DNA of 64,000 nt from Polyangiaceae bacterium. Lineage in GTDB: Bacteria; Myxococcota_A; Polyangia; Polyangiales; Polyangiaceae. The DNA lies in the NCBI GenBank assembly GCA_035063585.1, contig JAPSGB010000002.1, positions 64,001 to 128,000 on the forward strand, read 5' to 3'. The notes beneath the pieces were generated by a model that saw only the letters and a list, made by a program, of their open reading frames with translations, was not told the origin of the DNA and ran no database searches. Both the position numbers and the translations under genes were made by a program. This document shows, one piece after another, positions 1 to 10,394 of the stretch; positions within the stretch are counted from its first letter, which is position 1; every line of letters starts with the position of its first letter.

Positions 1-870
1 GCCGAGAGGCAGACCACCGCGCCGACCGGCCCGGTGCAGTTACCGTCGAGCACCGGGTCGTGCCCGGCGATGGTCGGAACCGCGGTGCCGTTCGGCAGCT
101 TCGTCGTGCACTCGTGCCTCGACGTATCGCAGAACTGATCGCTCGAGCAGTCCGCGTCGACGTTGCAGCTCGCCGCCGGCATACAGGTGCCGTTGGCGCT
201 GCACACGCCGGAGCGGCAGACGGTCGCCGCGGTCGAGGTGTCGCACGGCCCGGTGCCGTTGGCATAGCCGCACTGATCGTCCGAGGTGTCGCAGACCGCG
301 GAGACGCAGACCACCGCGCCCGCTGGCCCCGTGCAGGCCCCGTCGAGCGGGGGGACGTGCCCGGCGATGGTCGGGATCGCGGTGCCGTTCGCGAGCTTGT
401 CCGTGCACGAGTGCGACGACGTGTCGCAGAACTGGGTCGAGGCGCAGTCCGCATCGACGTTGCAGCCGCTCGACGGCATGCACGTGCCGTTGGCGCTGCA
501 GGCGCCGGAACGGCACACGGTGTCGGCGGTCGCGGAATCGCACGGCCCAGTGCCGTCGGCATAGCCGCACTGGTCATCCGAGGTGTCGCAGACCGCGGAG
601 ACGCAGACCGCCGCGCCCGCTGGCCCCGTGCAGGTCCCGTCGAGCGCAGGGTCGTGCCCGGCGATGGTCGGGATCGCGGTGCCGTTCGCGAGCTTGTCCG
701 TGCACGAGTGCGACGACGTGTCGCAGAACTGGGTCGAGGCGCAGTCCGCATCGACGTTGCAGCCGCCGGCCGGCATGCAGGTGCCGTTGGCGCTGCAAGC
801 GCCGGAACGGCACACGGTGTCGCCATTTTGCGCGGTGCACGGGCCATCATCGTTCGGGTAGCCGCACTTC
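1..870. repeat. Intragenic tandem repeat, 297-bp period, about 3 copies visible
   Basis: gtgtcgcagaccgcggagacgcagacc occurs at 286 and 583; a more diverged copy begins at the window start. Confidence 0.85.
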
Positions 871-2534
871 CCGTCGGATGCGCACACGCCCGAGGTGCAG
901 TCGAGGTCCCCGCCGCACGTCTCTCCATTCGCGACCGTGACGCGAACGAACGCGGCGTCCGCGTTGTTGCTCGGCGTCGGATCGCTCACGGTAGGAGGCA
1001 GAGTGACGGACGCGGTGTTCGTGAACTGACCTGCCGCGGCGTCCGACCTGACGGTGCCGGTGATCGTATAGGTCACCTTCTGGTTTACGGGGATCGACAC
1101 GGCGTCGTTGATGTTCCCCGCGCCCGAGGCGGCGCAGGTAGCGCCGCCGGTGCCCGCGCACGTCCAGGTGGCCGAAGCGAGCTGGGACGGCATGGTGTCC
1201 ACGATCGTCGCGCTCGCGGGGCCGTTCGGGCCGTCGTTGCTGGCTACGATGGTGTACGTGACCGTCCCACCAGCCGGCACCGTGGCCGCGCTCGCCGTCT
1301 TCTTGACCACCAGCTCGGCGTAGGTGATCCCGTCGGTGACCTTGGTGTAGACCTTCGGCCCGAGGAGCGGGGAGACGCTGGTAGCTCGGATGTCGTAGTT
1401 GCCTGCCGTGATCGTGGAGCCCACGGTCGCGGCAGGGGCAATCCGGACCGTGATCTCGAAATTCCCGCTCGCGCCGGCCGCGAGCGCGCCGACCGTGCAG
1501 GAGACCAGCCCACCGTTACCCGGGCTTGGCGCGGTGCAGGTCAGCCCCGGCGCGGTGACCGACGTGAACGTGGTGTTCGGCGGCGTGTTGAACTGGACGA
1601 CCGTGCCTGCGGCGCCCGCGGAGCCGTCGTTCTTATACGTGAGCGTGTAGGTGATGTCCGTGCCGCGGTTCGCGGCCGCGGGCCCGGTCGCGTAAACGTA
1701 GAGGCCGGGGACGGTCGGGCCGATGCCGTCCACGTAGACCTGCCCCCAGTGACCGCTCTGCGCGCACCCGGCCGCGATGACCTCGAGCTCGACCTGATCG
1801 CCAGGCGCGAGGAGCGCGTTGCCCGGCGCGATGTCGACCAGCGCCCAGTCGGTGTACTTGATCGATCCGCTGGTCTTCCAAGGAACGCCCGGCTGGTTCG
1901 CGAAGTTGAAATCCTGGTAGAGGATCTGGTTGCCTCGCGTGACGTTCGTGAGCTGAATGAAGAAGTACGGCTGCTGATGCGCCGGATGATTCGGGTCTTG
2001 CAGGACCGGCGCGGCGACGAAGCGAACGTGCGCGAGGCCGTCGACGGGGTCGATGTCCCCCGCGTCGACCGTCATCGTCTGCTTCATCGAGTTGGCGTTG
2101 CGGCTCGCCGTCTTGCGGTTCACGACGGCCACCGCGCTGCCGAATTTCGGCCACCGGAAAGAAGCGCCCGTCCCGAGATCCGGATCCGCCTGCGACTCGG
2201 GCCCCCCGCTCGTCGTGAGCGTGAAGGTCTGCGCGGTACCGCCCGTCTGCAGGGCCAGGTTCGCGCGGGTCTGCGGATCGGAGATCGTGATTCCCGGATT
2301 CCGGTAGGTCGTCACCGTCCAATTGGGTGGAGCCGCGTTGTTCGCTCCATCCTCGAAGCTCCCGTTGACGAAGACCGCCGAGCTCGTCGAGCCGGTCGGC
2401 TCGGGCTCGCCGGACTCGGTCGGGCCGAACCCCTCCGAGCCGCACGCGGGGAGCGCGAGCGCCGCCGCGAGACCGATCGCGACGCAGGCGCCAGCACGGA
2501 TCGAACGAACCTTCCGAGCGTCAATTCTATTCAT
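1..2534 (-). CDS. Large Cys-rich surface lipoprotein with DUF11/Ig-like domains and 99-aa Cys-rich repeats (3' end runs off the window)
   Basis: ATG at 2534 on the minus strand reads MNRIDARKVRSIRAGACVAIGLAAALALPAC (lipobox), then VFVNGSFEDG, ITYTLTYKNDG and YTIVASNDGP (DUF11-like), then repeated Cys blocks. Absent from the ORF track because it has no stop in the window. Confidence 0.8.
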   Translation of the reverse strand, partial: MNRIDARKVRSIRAGACVAIGLAAALALPACGSEGFGPTESGEPEPTGSTSSAVFVNGSFEDGANNAAPPNWTVTTYRNPGITISDPQTRANLALQTGGTAQTFTLTTSGGPESQADPDLGTGASFRWPKFGSAVAVVNRKTASRNANSMKQTMTVDAGDIDPVDGLAHVRFVAAPVLQDPNHPAHQQPYFFIQLTNVTRGNQILYQDFNFANQPGVPWKTSGSIKYTDWALVDIAPGNALLAPGDQVELEVIAAGCAQSGHWGQVYVDGIGPTVPGLYVYATGPAAANRGTDITYTLTYKNDGSAGAAGTVVQFNTPPNTTFTSVTAPGLTCTAPSPGNGGLVSCTVGALAAGASGNFEITVRIAPAATVGSTITAGNYDIRATSVSPLLGPKVYTKVTDGITYAELVVKKTASAATVPAGGTVTYTIVASNDGPNGPASATIVDTMPSQLASATWTCAGTGGATCAASGAGNINDAVSIPVNQKVTYTITGTVRSDAAAGQFTNTASVTLPPTVSDPTPSNNADAAFVRVTVANGETCGGDLDCTSGVCASDGKCGYPNDDGPCTAQNGDTVCRSGACSANGTCMPAGGCNVDADCASTQFCDTSSHSCTDKLANGTAIPTIAGHDPALDGTCTGPAGAAVCVSAVCDTSDDQCGYADGTGPCDSATADTVCRSGACSANGTCMPSSGCNVDADCASTQFCDTSSHSCTDKLANGTAIPTIAGHVPPLDGACTGPAGAVVCVSAVCDTSDDQCGYANGTGPCDTSTAATVCRSGVCSANGTCMPAASCNVDADCSSDQFCDTSRHECTTKLPNGTAVPTIAGHDPVLDGNCTGPVGAVVCLS

Positions 2535-2754
2535 GACAATGCCTTCACCTTACCGACCTCGCTCACCGCTTGTCTAGGGTCATTTCCCGCGCCGCCGTCG
2601 CCGTCGCCGTCGCCCGCGCCCCCGCCGCCCCCCAAGCACCTCGAGCGCTCCCGCCGCGCTCGCTTCCGCCGGCCGGAGCGCCGCGCCCGGCCGCTTCAAG
2701 GCAGCCCGACTCCGCTCGCTGGCGCTCCTCCGGCGCGGGAGTTAGGAGAGGCGC

Positions 2755-4434
2755 ATGACCAACCGAGCGGAGCAGGGACGCGCGGAGCTCCTCGCGTGGG
2801 ACGAGGGAAAGCCGCGCAATTTTTTCACTTCGGACCCGAACCTCGGGCGGGTGCTCGCGCTCCGGCTCGGTAAGGAGCGCTATCACGCCGAGCGCCGCCG
2901 GCTCGCCGAGGTCGGCGAGATGGTCGGTACTGAGCTCGCTCGCCTCACCCTCGAGACCAACCACGACGACAACCTGCCGCGACTCGAGCGCTATAGCGGG
3001 CTCGGGGTGCGCACGGAGGAGGTGGTGTTCCACCCGAGCTACCACCGCGCCGGCGAGCTCATCTGGCAGACGGGCGTGCTCTCGGATTACGCCACGCCTG
3101 GAAACGAGACGCTGCAGATGGGGCTCCTCCACCTCATCTCACAGCCGGGGGAGAACGGGCACAATTGCCCGCTCGCCTGCACCGCCGGGCTCATCAAGGT
3201 GGTACAGCGCCTCGGCTCCGACGCGCAGCGGAAGCAGTGGCTCCCGGGGCTGCTCGAGCGCGACTACGCGAAGCGTGTCCACGGCTCGCAATTCCTCACC
3301 GAGGTGCAGGGCGGCTCGGACGTCGGGGCGAACGCGGTGGTCGCACGGCAGGACGGTGAGAGATGGCGACTCTACGGCGAGAAGTGGTTCTGCTCGGTCG
3401 CTGACGCGCAGCTCTTCCTCATGACCGCGCGGCCCGAGGGCGCCATCGACGGCACCCGCGGGCTCGGGCTCTTCGTGGTGCCGCGGTGGGTCGGCGGCCG
3501 AGTGAACGAGTTTACGCTCCGGCGCCTGAAGCGAAAGCTCGGTACGCGCGCCATGGCCTCCGCCGAGGCGGATTTCGACGGGGCGCTCGGCGAAGCCGTG
3601 GGGCCGGTCGATCGCGGGTTCAAGAACGTGGTCGAGATCGTGCTCGACACCTCGCGGATGTATAACGCGGTGTGCTGCGCGGGCTCGATGCAGGCCGCGT
3701 ACCGCGAAGCGGCGAGCTACGCGCGGCACCGGCGCGCGTTCGGCCAGACGATCATCGAGTTCCCGCTGGTCGCGGACGCGCTCTCCACGCTCCACGCCGA
3801 GGCCATGGCCGCCACCGCGTCGACCTTGCGGATCATCGCCATGGCTGACCGCCTCGCCACCGGCCAGGGCGACGAGGCGCTCGCCGCCGCGTGGCGCGTC
3901 GGGGTGAACGTGAACAAGTACTTCACCGCCATCCGCAACACCCAGATGACGCGGCTCGCGATCGAAATGCTCGGCGGCAACGGTGTCATCGAGACGTTCA
4001 CGCCGCTGGTTCAGCTCTACCGCGACGCGATGGTGCTCGAGAGCTGGGAGGGGACGCACAATACGCTGGTCGACCAGGTGCTCCGCGACGCGCGGCGCCT
4101 CGGGATCCACGCCATGTTCATCGCCGAGCTCCGCGACGCGCTCGCGCGGCTCACGCTCCCGGCGGGAGACGCCGCGCTCGTCGAGCGCACCCGCGCCGGG
4201 ATCGACTCGGTCGAGCGCGGCTTTCGGCTCGTCGCGGACGGCGTCGGCGACCAGCGGTTCGGGCGACGCATCGTCGACCGCGCCGCGCTCTGCCTCCAGC
4301 TGGTGGCCATGCTCGAAGAGCTCGCGGCGTTCCCCGACGACACCGCCAAGCGGAGCGCCGTCACGCTCATTGCCGAGCGCCACCTCGCCGAGACGCTCGA
4401 GCCGCCGCCCGCGCTCCCGCCCGGGCTCGTCTGA
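2755..4434 (+). CDS. Acyl-CoA dehydrogenase (AidB-like subfamily)
   Basis: Motifs CPLACT, QFLTEVQGGSDVGAN, LYGEKWFCS, RRLKRKLGTR, RRAFG, LGGNG and WEGTHN. Confidence 0.88.
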   Translation: MTNRAEQGRAELLAWDEGKPRNFFTSDPNLGRVLALRLGKERYHAERRRLAEVGEMVGTELARLTLETNHDDNLPRLERYSGLGVRTEEVVFHPSYHRAGELIWQTGVLSDYATPGNETLQMGLLHLISQPGENGHNCPLACTAGLIKVVQRLGSDAQRKQWLPGLLERDYAKRVHGSQFLTEVQGGSDVGANAVVARQDGERWRLYGEKWFCSVADAQLFLMTARPEGAIDGTRGLGLFVVPRWVGGRVNEFTLRRLKRKLGTRAMASAEADFDGALGEAVGPVDRGFKNVVEIVLDTSRMYNAVCCAGSMQAAYREAASYARHRRAFGQTIIEFPLVADALSTLHAEAMAATASTLRIIAMADRLATGQGDEALAAAWRVGVNVNKYFTAIRNTQMTRLAIEMLGGNGVIETFTPLVQLYRDAMVLESWEGTHNTLVDQVLRDARRLGIHAMFIAELRDALARLTLPAGDAALVERTRAGIDSVERGFRLVADGVGDQRFGRRIVDRAALCLQLVAMLEELAAFPDDTAKRSAVTLIAERHLAETLEPPPALPPGLV

Positions 4435-4501
4435 GGGCTCACCGCGTTCTTGGCCGTCCGCCGCGCGCCCCGGCTACGATCACGAGCGGAGGATCGAGCG
4501 C

Positions 4502-4948
4502 ATGATCGACATTCCCGGCTCCCCCTCGTTCCGCGCGACGCGGCGCACCGCCAAGCTCACCTGCCAGGTCGTGCGCCTGCGAGACTTCCGGCTGGTGGCC
4601 GACACCATCGAGGATCTCTCGCCGGCTGGGCTGCGCGTCGGCCCGGCCGATCCCGTGCTCACCGGCGAGCCGCTCATCGTGTCGTTTCGGCTGCCCGGCC
4701 TGGGCGATTGGATCGACGCGGACGCCGTCGTGCGCCGCGTCATCCACGGGCGGCGGCCCGGCGAGAGCGAGCGCTGCCTGGGCCTCGAGCTCACGTACCT
4801 CGACGCCTACTCGGCCCGGCTGGTCGCCGTTTACGCGCGCCGCTTGCCGCCCGCGCCGCCGCGATATCGGCTCACGCTCGACGCGCTCGAGCGCTGGAGC
4901 CGGCGGCTCGCGAAGCTCGGCCACACGCCGCTCCCGGCCCCGGCCTAG
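4502..4948 (+). CDS. PilZ-domain protein
   Basis: RxxxR (RATRR) followed by DLSPAGL (D/NxSxxG); ATG at 4502 after GGAGG. Confidence 0.7.
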   Translation: MIDIPGSPSFRATRRTAKLTCQVVRLRDFRLVADTIEDLSPAGLRVGPADPVLTGEPLIVSFRLPGLGDWIDADAVVRRVIHGRRPGESERCLGLELTYLDAYSARLVAVYARRLPPAPPRYRLTLDALERWSRRLAKLGHTPLPAPA

Positions 4949-4988
4949 CGCTCCGCTCGGGTCCGGCTAGGCTCGAGCCCGCGTCGAG

Positions 4989-6698
4989 ATGAGATTCCGA
5001 GCCATCGCCGTCGCCGCGGAGCGGAGCAACGCCATCGGCGTCGTCGAGGTCGAGTGCACGCCGCACGGGCTGGCGCTCGGCTACCTCGGCGCTGGCGCGT
5101 TCAGCGACGGCTACGCGCCGGGCGCGCTCACGACGGGCACGCGGGTCACGGTCCCGTACGGTCAAATCCTCGACGCACGCGTCGAGGGCGAGCAACTCTA
5201 CCTCGCGGTCGATCCGACGCTCACCCCGCTCAGCCAGCTCACCCTGACCACGTTCTCGACCGGCGACGGCGTGCACCTCCGGGAGCGCCACCGGCAGCGG
5301 CTCATCGTGCGGGTCGGCGCGGTGGCGACCGCGCTCCTCGCCATCCTCCTGCCGGCGCTCTCTCTGCCACGGCTGGTTCCGCGCGCAGGCGCCGGCCTCG
5401 CGCTCGCCGTCGGCGTGCTCGGCGCGCTCGCCGTGCTCGTCATCGGGCTCGCCGCCGATCGCCACGTCGCGCTCGGTGGACGCGACGGTGAGGCGGCGCT
5501 CGGCGCGTTCGCGGCCGAGCTTGCCAGGTATCTGCCGAACCTCACGCGCGCGGCCGGGCCCCCGCCTCCCAAGACGAAACCTCTACGACTTCCGGACTTC
5601 GAGCGGCTCCTCCCACGCACGGCCTTCGCCGTGATCGCGACGCTCACCGCTGGCGCGCTGGCGCTCGTCCTCACCGCGCACCGGGTGCTGACGGTCGGCG
5701 AGTCCGCGCGCGCGCCCGTCGCCCAGCACCGCACGGCGGAGCCCGACGTCGCGCCCGCGCCGGGGCCCACCGGGCCCGCGCCGGCGGTCGCCGCGCGCGC
5801 GGCCCCCTCGGCCTCGACGCCGTCGCCAGCTCTCACCACGCCCACGGGCGACACCGCATCCACCGCCGGCCCGTGCCGCTGCGAACGCGCGGACTCGCTC
5901 TTGTGGGCGCGTCCGCTGCCTGCGCTCTCCTCGCTCGTGCTCCGGCGCCGCCTCGAGCATCACGGCGCGCACGACGAGCTCGCGCTCGACATCGCCGCGG
6001 TAAATAGCGGCGACCGGCCGCTCGAGGACGTCACCTTCATGGTGCAGTTCTTCGAGCGCGACCCGCCGCCGTCGAACCGACGCTACCCGGTCTCGAGCCG
6101 CGCACTCTACTTCGAAGGCCCGCTCGCACCGGGCCAGGCCATCAAGTGGTCGGTGCAGGCGCGCGGTCGTGAAGTCGACATCCAAGGCGCGCCGCCGGCC
6201 ACGCTCGGCCCGGAGGGGCAAGGCGCCGCGCCGACCAACCTCATCGCGGGACTGCTCGACGCGAACCACCGCCCGGTGCGCCTATACGGCGCGATGCTCC
6301 TCGGCTACCTCGGCGACCCGCGCGCGCGCGAAGCCGCCGAGAAGCTCCACGAGGCGCTCCGCGATGACGAGGCGCCGTACCTCTCGCGGCTCCTCGCCGC
6401 GCTCGGCGAGGTCCGCGCGTGCAACCTCCGGGTGAGCGGCGACCTCGCGACCCTATGCCTCTACAACGCCTCGGGCGAGGCGAGATCCGGGCTCGGCGTG
6501 CGGCTCCGCGGCCTCGACGCGATGGTCGATCCGAGCGAGCCTACCGGCCAACCACCGACCGTCGTCTTCGAGCACGTCTGGCACGTCCCCGGCGAGCTCG
6601 CGCCCGAGCGCGGTCTGGTCACCAGCGTGCGCCTCGACGCCGCCGAACCGGCCGCCCTCGAGGCAGCCGCCGATCGCTACGATCTGCTGCGAGACTGA
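4989..6698 (+). CDS. Hypothetical membrane protein
   Basis: 569-aa ORF with about 3 hydrophobic segments, a Pro/Ala linker and a C-terminal soluble domain; co-oriented with its neighbours. Confidence 0.7.
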   Translation: MRFRAIAVAAERSNAIGVVEVECTPHGLALGYLGAGAFSDGYAPGALTTGTRVTVPYGQILDARVEGEQLYLAVDPTLTPLSQLTLTTFSTGDGVHLRERHRQRLIVRVGAVATALLAILLPALSLPRLVPRAGAGLALAVGVLGALAVLVIGLAADRHVALGGRDGEAALGAFAAELARYLPNLTRAAGPPPPKTKPLRLPDFERLLPRTAFAVIATLTAGALALVLTAHRVLTVGESARAPVAQHRTAEPDVAPAPGPTGPAPAVAARAAPSASTPSPALTTPTGDTASTAGPCRCERADSLLWARPLPALSSLVLRRRLEHHGAHDELALDIAAVNSGDRPLEDVTFMVQFFERDPPPSNRRYPVSSRALYFEGPLAPGQAIKWSVQARGREVDIQGAPPATLGPEGQGAAPTNLIAGLLDANHRPVRLYGAMLLGYLGDPRAREAAEKLHEALRDDEAPYLSRLLAALGEVRACNLRVSGDLATLCLYNASGEARSGLGVRLRGLDAMVDPSEPTGQPPTVVFEHVWHVPGELAPERGLVTSVRLDAAEPAALEAAADRYDLLRD

Positions 6699-6772
6699 GG
6701 TCTGGCCGGTTCGGCGCGAAGCCGCAGGGGTCGCCCGGCGCGGTGTCGCGCCGGGCCGTCGAGCCCGACGAC

Positions 6773-8302
6773 TCAACCGCGAATGCTGACCACCGTCCCG
6801 CGCTCGAAATTGAACACCGCGTGCCAGTCGGGAGGAACCGGAGGATCCGTCCACTCGAAGATATAGGCGGCGTCGACCGGCGCGAGGTTGATGCAGCCGT
6901 GGCTCCTCACCCGGCCGTAGTCGTCATGCCAGTAGGTGCCGTGGAGTGCGTAGCCCTTGTGGAAATACTGCACGAACGGCACATCGAGGAGGTTGTACGA
7001 GTCCGCCTTGTCCTCGGAGCCGTCCATGGTGGCGGCGACGTGTTTCGAGTGAATCATGAAGGTGCCGCGCACGGTGGCGAACCCCTTCTCCGGGTCGCCC
7101 ATGCCGCCGCGACCCGTGCTCACCAACGTCACGTAGACCGGCTTGGTGCCGACATACGCCACCAGCGATTGCTCGAGGATGGAGATGTCGAGCCATTTTC
7201 GCGTGCCGGTGGCGACGCTCGGGAACTGTGACCGCGGCTGGATGATGCGGAGCGTGGAACCTAGCACCCACGCGCCGTCACGTGTCTCCCAGTAGCCTCC
7301 AGGTCGCGTCTTTCCGGTGAGCTTGATGGGCTCGCGCCACGCGAGGTTGCCGTCCGCGCGCGGGATACCATCCTCGCCGATGGCGAAGCGCTGCGCGTAG
7401 CGTTGCTCGACGAAGCCGACCGGGAGCGTCTCGTCCGGGGCGAGCTCGACGCCGTGGAACTCGCTCGGCTTGACCAGGCGCGTGCGGTCGAGCGCGATGA
7501 TGTCGAGCTCGGTGGTAAGGCCGAAGGTGCGGCCGTCCGACTCGAAGACTCGCGCGATGGCAAACCCGCTGTCGGGCGCCGCGCGCCCCGCGTAGACCGA
7601 GAAATGGAGCCGCTGTTCGACCCCGTACGGCTTCACGAGCTTCTGGCCGTTCGCGAGGAACTCGGGCGGCGCGCCCGGCGTACCGAGCAGCTCCTTGACC
7701 CCCGAGAGCGCGAGACCATCGCGCCAGCGCGCGGCGCGCGCGAGCACGCCCTCACCCTCGACGGCCTCCATCTCGGCGCGCGTGGGGACCTTGAAGTAGC
7801 GGAGCGGCGGCGTCTCGCCCGCGCGCGCGTAGAGGTAGGGGAGCCCCTGGCCCCGTATCGGGCGGACGCTGCTCTCGACGGCGACGATGTCGTCGAGGTT
7901 CGAGGTCGCGCCCTTGCCGACGCACACGAACCCGCGCGGATTCACCCGGTACCACCCCCCCGCGCAGCCCTCGTTCTCGATGGCTGGTCCGCGCGCGTCC
8001 ACCACGGCGCCTGCGCGCAGGTAGCCGAGGCGCGTGCGCTGCGGACCGGTGTCGGTGTAGATCCAGGTGCGCCACGCGATGCTCGCGAGCCGCGTCCCAT
8101 CCGGCGAGAACGGGAGGTTGTCGTCGGCGCCACCGAACGCGCGAGGCGCGGGCGCGCCGCCACCCGACGCGGAGGGGGCGCCCCCTTCCGCCGCGACCAC
8201 GCGCGCCTCGCCGGAAGGGCTCGCGGTCGCGCCGGGAGGCTCCTGCCGGGTCGAGCACGCAGCGAGGGACGCGAAGCAGGCGAGGAAGACGACGACGCGC
8301 AT
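6773..8302 (-). CDS. L,D-transpeptidase (YkuD-family) lipoprotein
   Basis: N-terminus MRVVVFLACFASLAAC; C-terminal YVTLVSTG and ALHGTYWH...SHGCINL catalytic motif. Confidence 0.88.
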   Translation of the reverse strand: MRVVVFLACFASLAACSTRQEPPGATASPSGEARVVAAEGGAPSASGGGAPAPRAFGGADDNLPFSPDGTRLASIAWRTWIYTDTGPQRTRLGYLRAGAVVDARGPAIENEGCAGGWYRVNPRGFVCVGKGATSNLDDIVAVESSVRPIRGQGLPYLYARAGETPPLRYFKVPTRAEMEAVEGEGVLARAARWRDGLALSGVKELLGTPGAPPEFLANGQKLVKPYGVEQRLHFSVYAGRAAPDSGFAIARVFESDGRTFGLTTELDIIALDRTRLVKPSEFHGVELAPDETLPVGFVEQRYAQRFAIGEDGIPRADGNLAWREPIKLTGKTRPGGYWETRDGAWVLGSTLRIIQPRSQFPSVATGTRKWLDISILEQSLVAYVGTKPVYVTLVSTGRGGMGDPEKGFATVRGTFMIHSKHVAATMDGSEDKADSYNLLDVPFVQYFHKGYALHGTYWHDDYGRVRSHGCINLAPVDAAYIFEWTDPPVPPDWHAVFNFERGTVVSIRG

Positions 8303-8359
8303 GACGAACGTTCGCAGCCCCGCGTAGCACAGATCTTGTTGAAGCGGCCGCCGCCGGGC

Positions 8360-8848
8360 ATGCTCGCCCGCGTGCTTCGACGAGCGAGGATTCCTTACGG
8401 CGCCTGGGTCCTCGTGAAGGAGGTCGCCCGCCACCTGCTCCGCCGGCCGGTGGTCGGCATCGCGGTCGCCGCGCACACCTCGGACGGTCGCTGGCTGCTC
8501 GTCCGCCGGGGCGACACGGGAGAGTGGGCTCTGCCCGGCGGGACCCTCGAGTGGGGTGAGTCGCTCCGGAGCGCCATCGCGCGCGAGCTCGCCGAGGAGG
8601 CCGGCGTGGTCGGAGTGCGCCTGGGCGGCCTGCGCGGGGTCTACTCGGCGCCGTGGCGCGACGCGCGCTTTCACGCGGTGACCATCGTGGTGGACGCGGA
8701 GATCGATGAGCCGGCGCGCGACCCGATGAACCCCCTCGAGATCGTCGAGGTCCGCCTGTTCGCCGAGGACGCGCTGCCGGGCGAGCTCGCGCACGGGATG
8801 ACCGACATGCTCCGCGACGCGCGCGCCGGCGAGCCGCGCTGGGAGTGA
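8360..8848 (+). CDS. NUDIX hydrolase
   Basis: Nudix box WALPGGTLEWGESLRSAIARELAEEAG. Confidence 0.9.
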   Translation: MLARVLRRARIPYGAWVLVKEVARHLLRRPVVGIAVAAHTSDGRWLLVRRGDTGEWALPGGTLEWGESLRSAIARELAEEAGVVGVRLGGLRGVYSAPWRDARFHAVTIVVDAEIDEPARDPMNPLEIVEVRLFAEDALPGELAHGMTDMLRDARAGEPRWE

Positions 8849-8897
8849 GCGCTCGGCGTGGCCGAGCGCAGGAAAATCGGGTATCTGAACGAATCGC

Positions 8898-10034
8898 ATG
8901 CCTCGCATCCCCGGGCTGGCACTCGTCTTTACGCTCTTCGCGAGCGGCTGCGGGCTGTTCAGCGGGCTCGAGGTGAAGTCGCTCGGGGTGTCCGCGGACA
9001 AGCCCGGCAACGTCGCGGTATACCTCTCGGTGACTGACGGCGACGCGCCGGTCGGTGACCTCAGCGAGCAGGACTTCTCGGTGTACGAGAACGGGCAGCG
9101 CGTGGACGCAGAGCGGAGCGGCCTCACCCTGCTCGATCGCGACGCGGTGGCGGATTTCCGCACCGTGCTCCTCGTGGACATGAGCGACGCGGCGCGGCGC
9201 GACGAGCTCGCGCGCGCCGCGATGAGCTTCGTCGAGAACGCGCGACGCACGCAGGCGGTGACCGTCTACGCCTTCGATGGCGATGGCCGGCTCCACGCCG
9301 CGGGCGACTTCGCGCGCGGAGCCGCGACCAGTGAGGGCTCCCCTCCGACGCCCCTGAGCGGGCTCGCGTCGTTCGCCACGCGAGATCCCTCGCGAGACCT
9401 CCACGGGGCCATCGTGGCGGCGCTCGCAGCGCTCGACGCGCGGCTCATGCAGGCGAAGCAGCCGGTCCGCGTGGGGACCTTGGTCGTGTTCACCGAGGGG
9501 CCGGATCTCGCCGGGCGCGTCTCCGCCGATGCGCTCGAGGCCGCGCTCGACGCGACCGACCACGAGGTGTTCGCGCTCGGTCTCGGCGAGGATGCCTCGG
9601 GCTTCAGCCTCTCGCGTATCGGACGCGCGGGTGTGCTCCGCGCGCCGACCGCGGAGGCGCTCGGCCCCACCTTCGCCGACGCCGGCAGCCGGGTGAGCGC
9701 GAGCCACGATGGGCATTACCTGCTTGCGTACTGCTCACCGGCGCGTGCCGGGATGCGGGCGCTACGCGTCACGGTCGAGAAGACCAACCGGGAGGGCACC
9801 ACCTCGACGGGCTCCGTGGAGGCCGAATTCGACGCCACCGGCTTCGGGGCGGGCTGCAACCCGAAGACGCTCCCGCGGTTCGTGGTGCGCGCGAGGCGGC
9901 CTGCCGAGACGAACCCGGGCAGCGCGACCACGCCAGCCGGACGCGCGGCGGAGCCACGCGCCGACGAGGCCTCGGAGCCCTCGGGGATCGTACCGCCGCC
10001 GAACGAGCCCGGCTACGCGCCGGCGACGCCGTGA
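8898..10034 (+). CDS. VWA-like domain lipoprotein
   Basis: Lipobox FASGC; DFSVYENG, VLLVDMS, LVVFTEG and YLLAYCSP segments typical of VWA-type proteins. Confidence 0.7.
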   Translation: MPRIPGLALVFTLFASGCGLFSGLEVKSLGVSADKPGNVAVYLSVTDGDAPVGDLSEQDFSVYENGQRVDAERSGLTLLDRDAVADFRTVLLVDMSDAARRDELARAAMSFVENARRTQAVTVYAFDGDGRLHAAGDFARGAATSEGSPPTPLSGLASFATRDPSRDLHGAIVAALAALDARLMQAKQPVRVGTLVVFTEGPDLAGRVSADALEAALDATDHEVFALGLGEDASGFSLSRIGRAGVLRAPTAEALGPTFADAGSRVSASHDGHYLLAYCSPARAGMRALRVTVEKTNREGTTSTGSVEAEFDATGFGAGCNPKTLPRFVVRARRPAETNPGSATTPAGRAAEPRADEASEPSGIVPPPNEPGYAPATP

Positions 10035-10393
10035 CCGAGCGCCGCACCGAAGAGGTCGAGCTCACGAGCTCCGAGTCGGTCGGAGAACGCGGGACGACGC
10101 GGCTGACCTGGCGCGTGCGAGTCGGGGATGGTTGGGTCGGCGCGGCTGACTATCCGGGCGTCACCATCGAGCGACTCGCGGCCGGGCCCGGCACCATCTG
10201 GGAGATCCGCCTCGTGCTCGAGCTACCGACCGGCACGCTCCTCATGCGCGTGGACTCGCGCCCGGGCGAGCCCCAGCGCGGCGACGTGCTCGATTTCCTC
10301 GCGCGAGCGCCTCGTCTGCCGCCACGACGAGTCCGGCGCACGCTCTACCGCGTCGGGCCGCGCGGCGCGCTCGTCGCGGCGCAACCGGAGTGA
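10031..10393 (+). CDS. Hypothetical protein
   Basis: GTG start overlaps the upstream stop (GTGA coupling); 120 aa. Confidence 0.6.
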   Translation: MTERRTEEVELTSSESVGERGTTRLTWRVRVGDGWVGAADYPGVTIERLAAGPGTIWEIRLVLELPTGTLLMRVDSRPGEPQRGDVLDFLARAPRLPPRRVRRTLYRVGPRGALVAAQPE

Positions 10394-10394
10394 G

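Noticed and set aside
60..2873. 937-aa plus-strand ORF, and similar long antisense ORFs such as 22986-25538, 35316-38213 and 61012-63438
   Set aside because: They are shadow frames of well-supported genes on the opposite strand.
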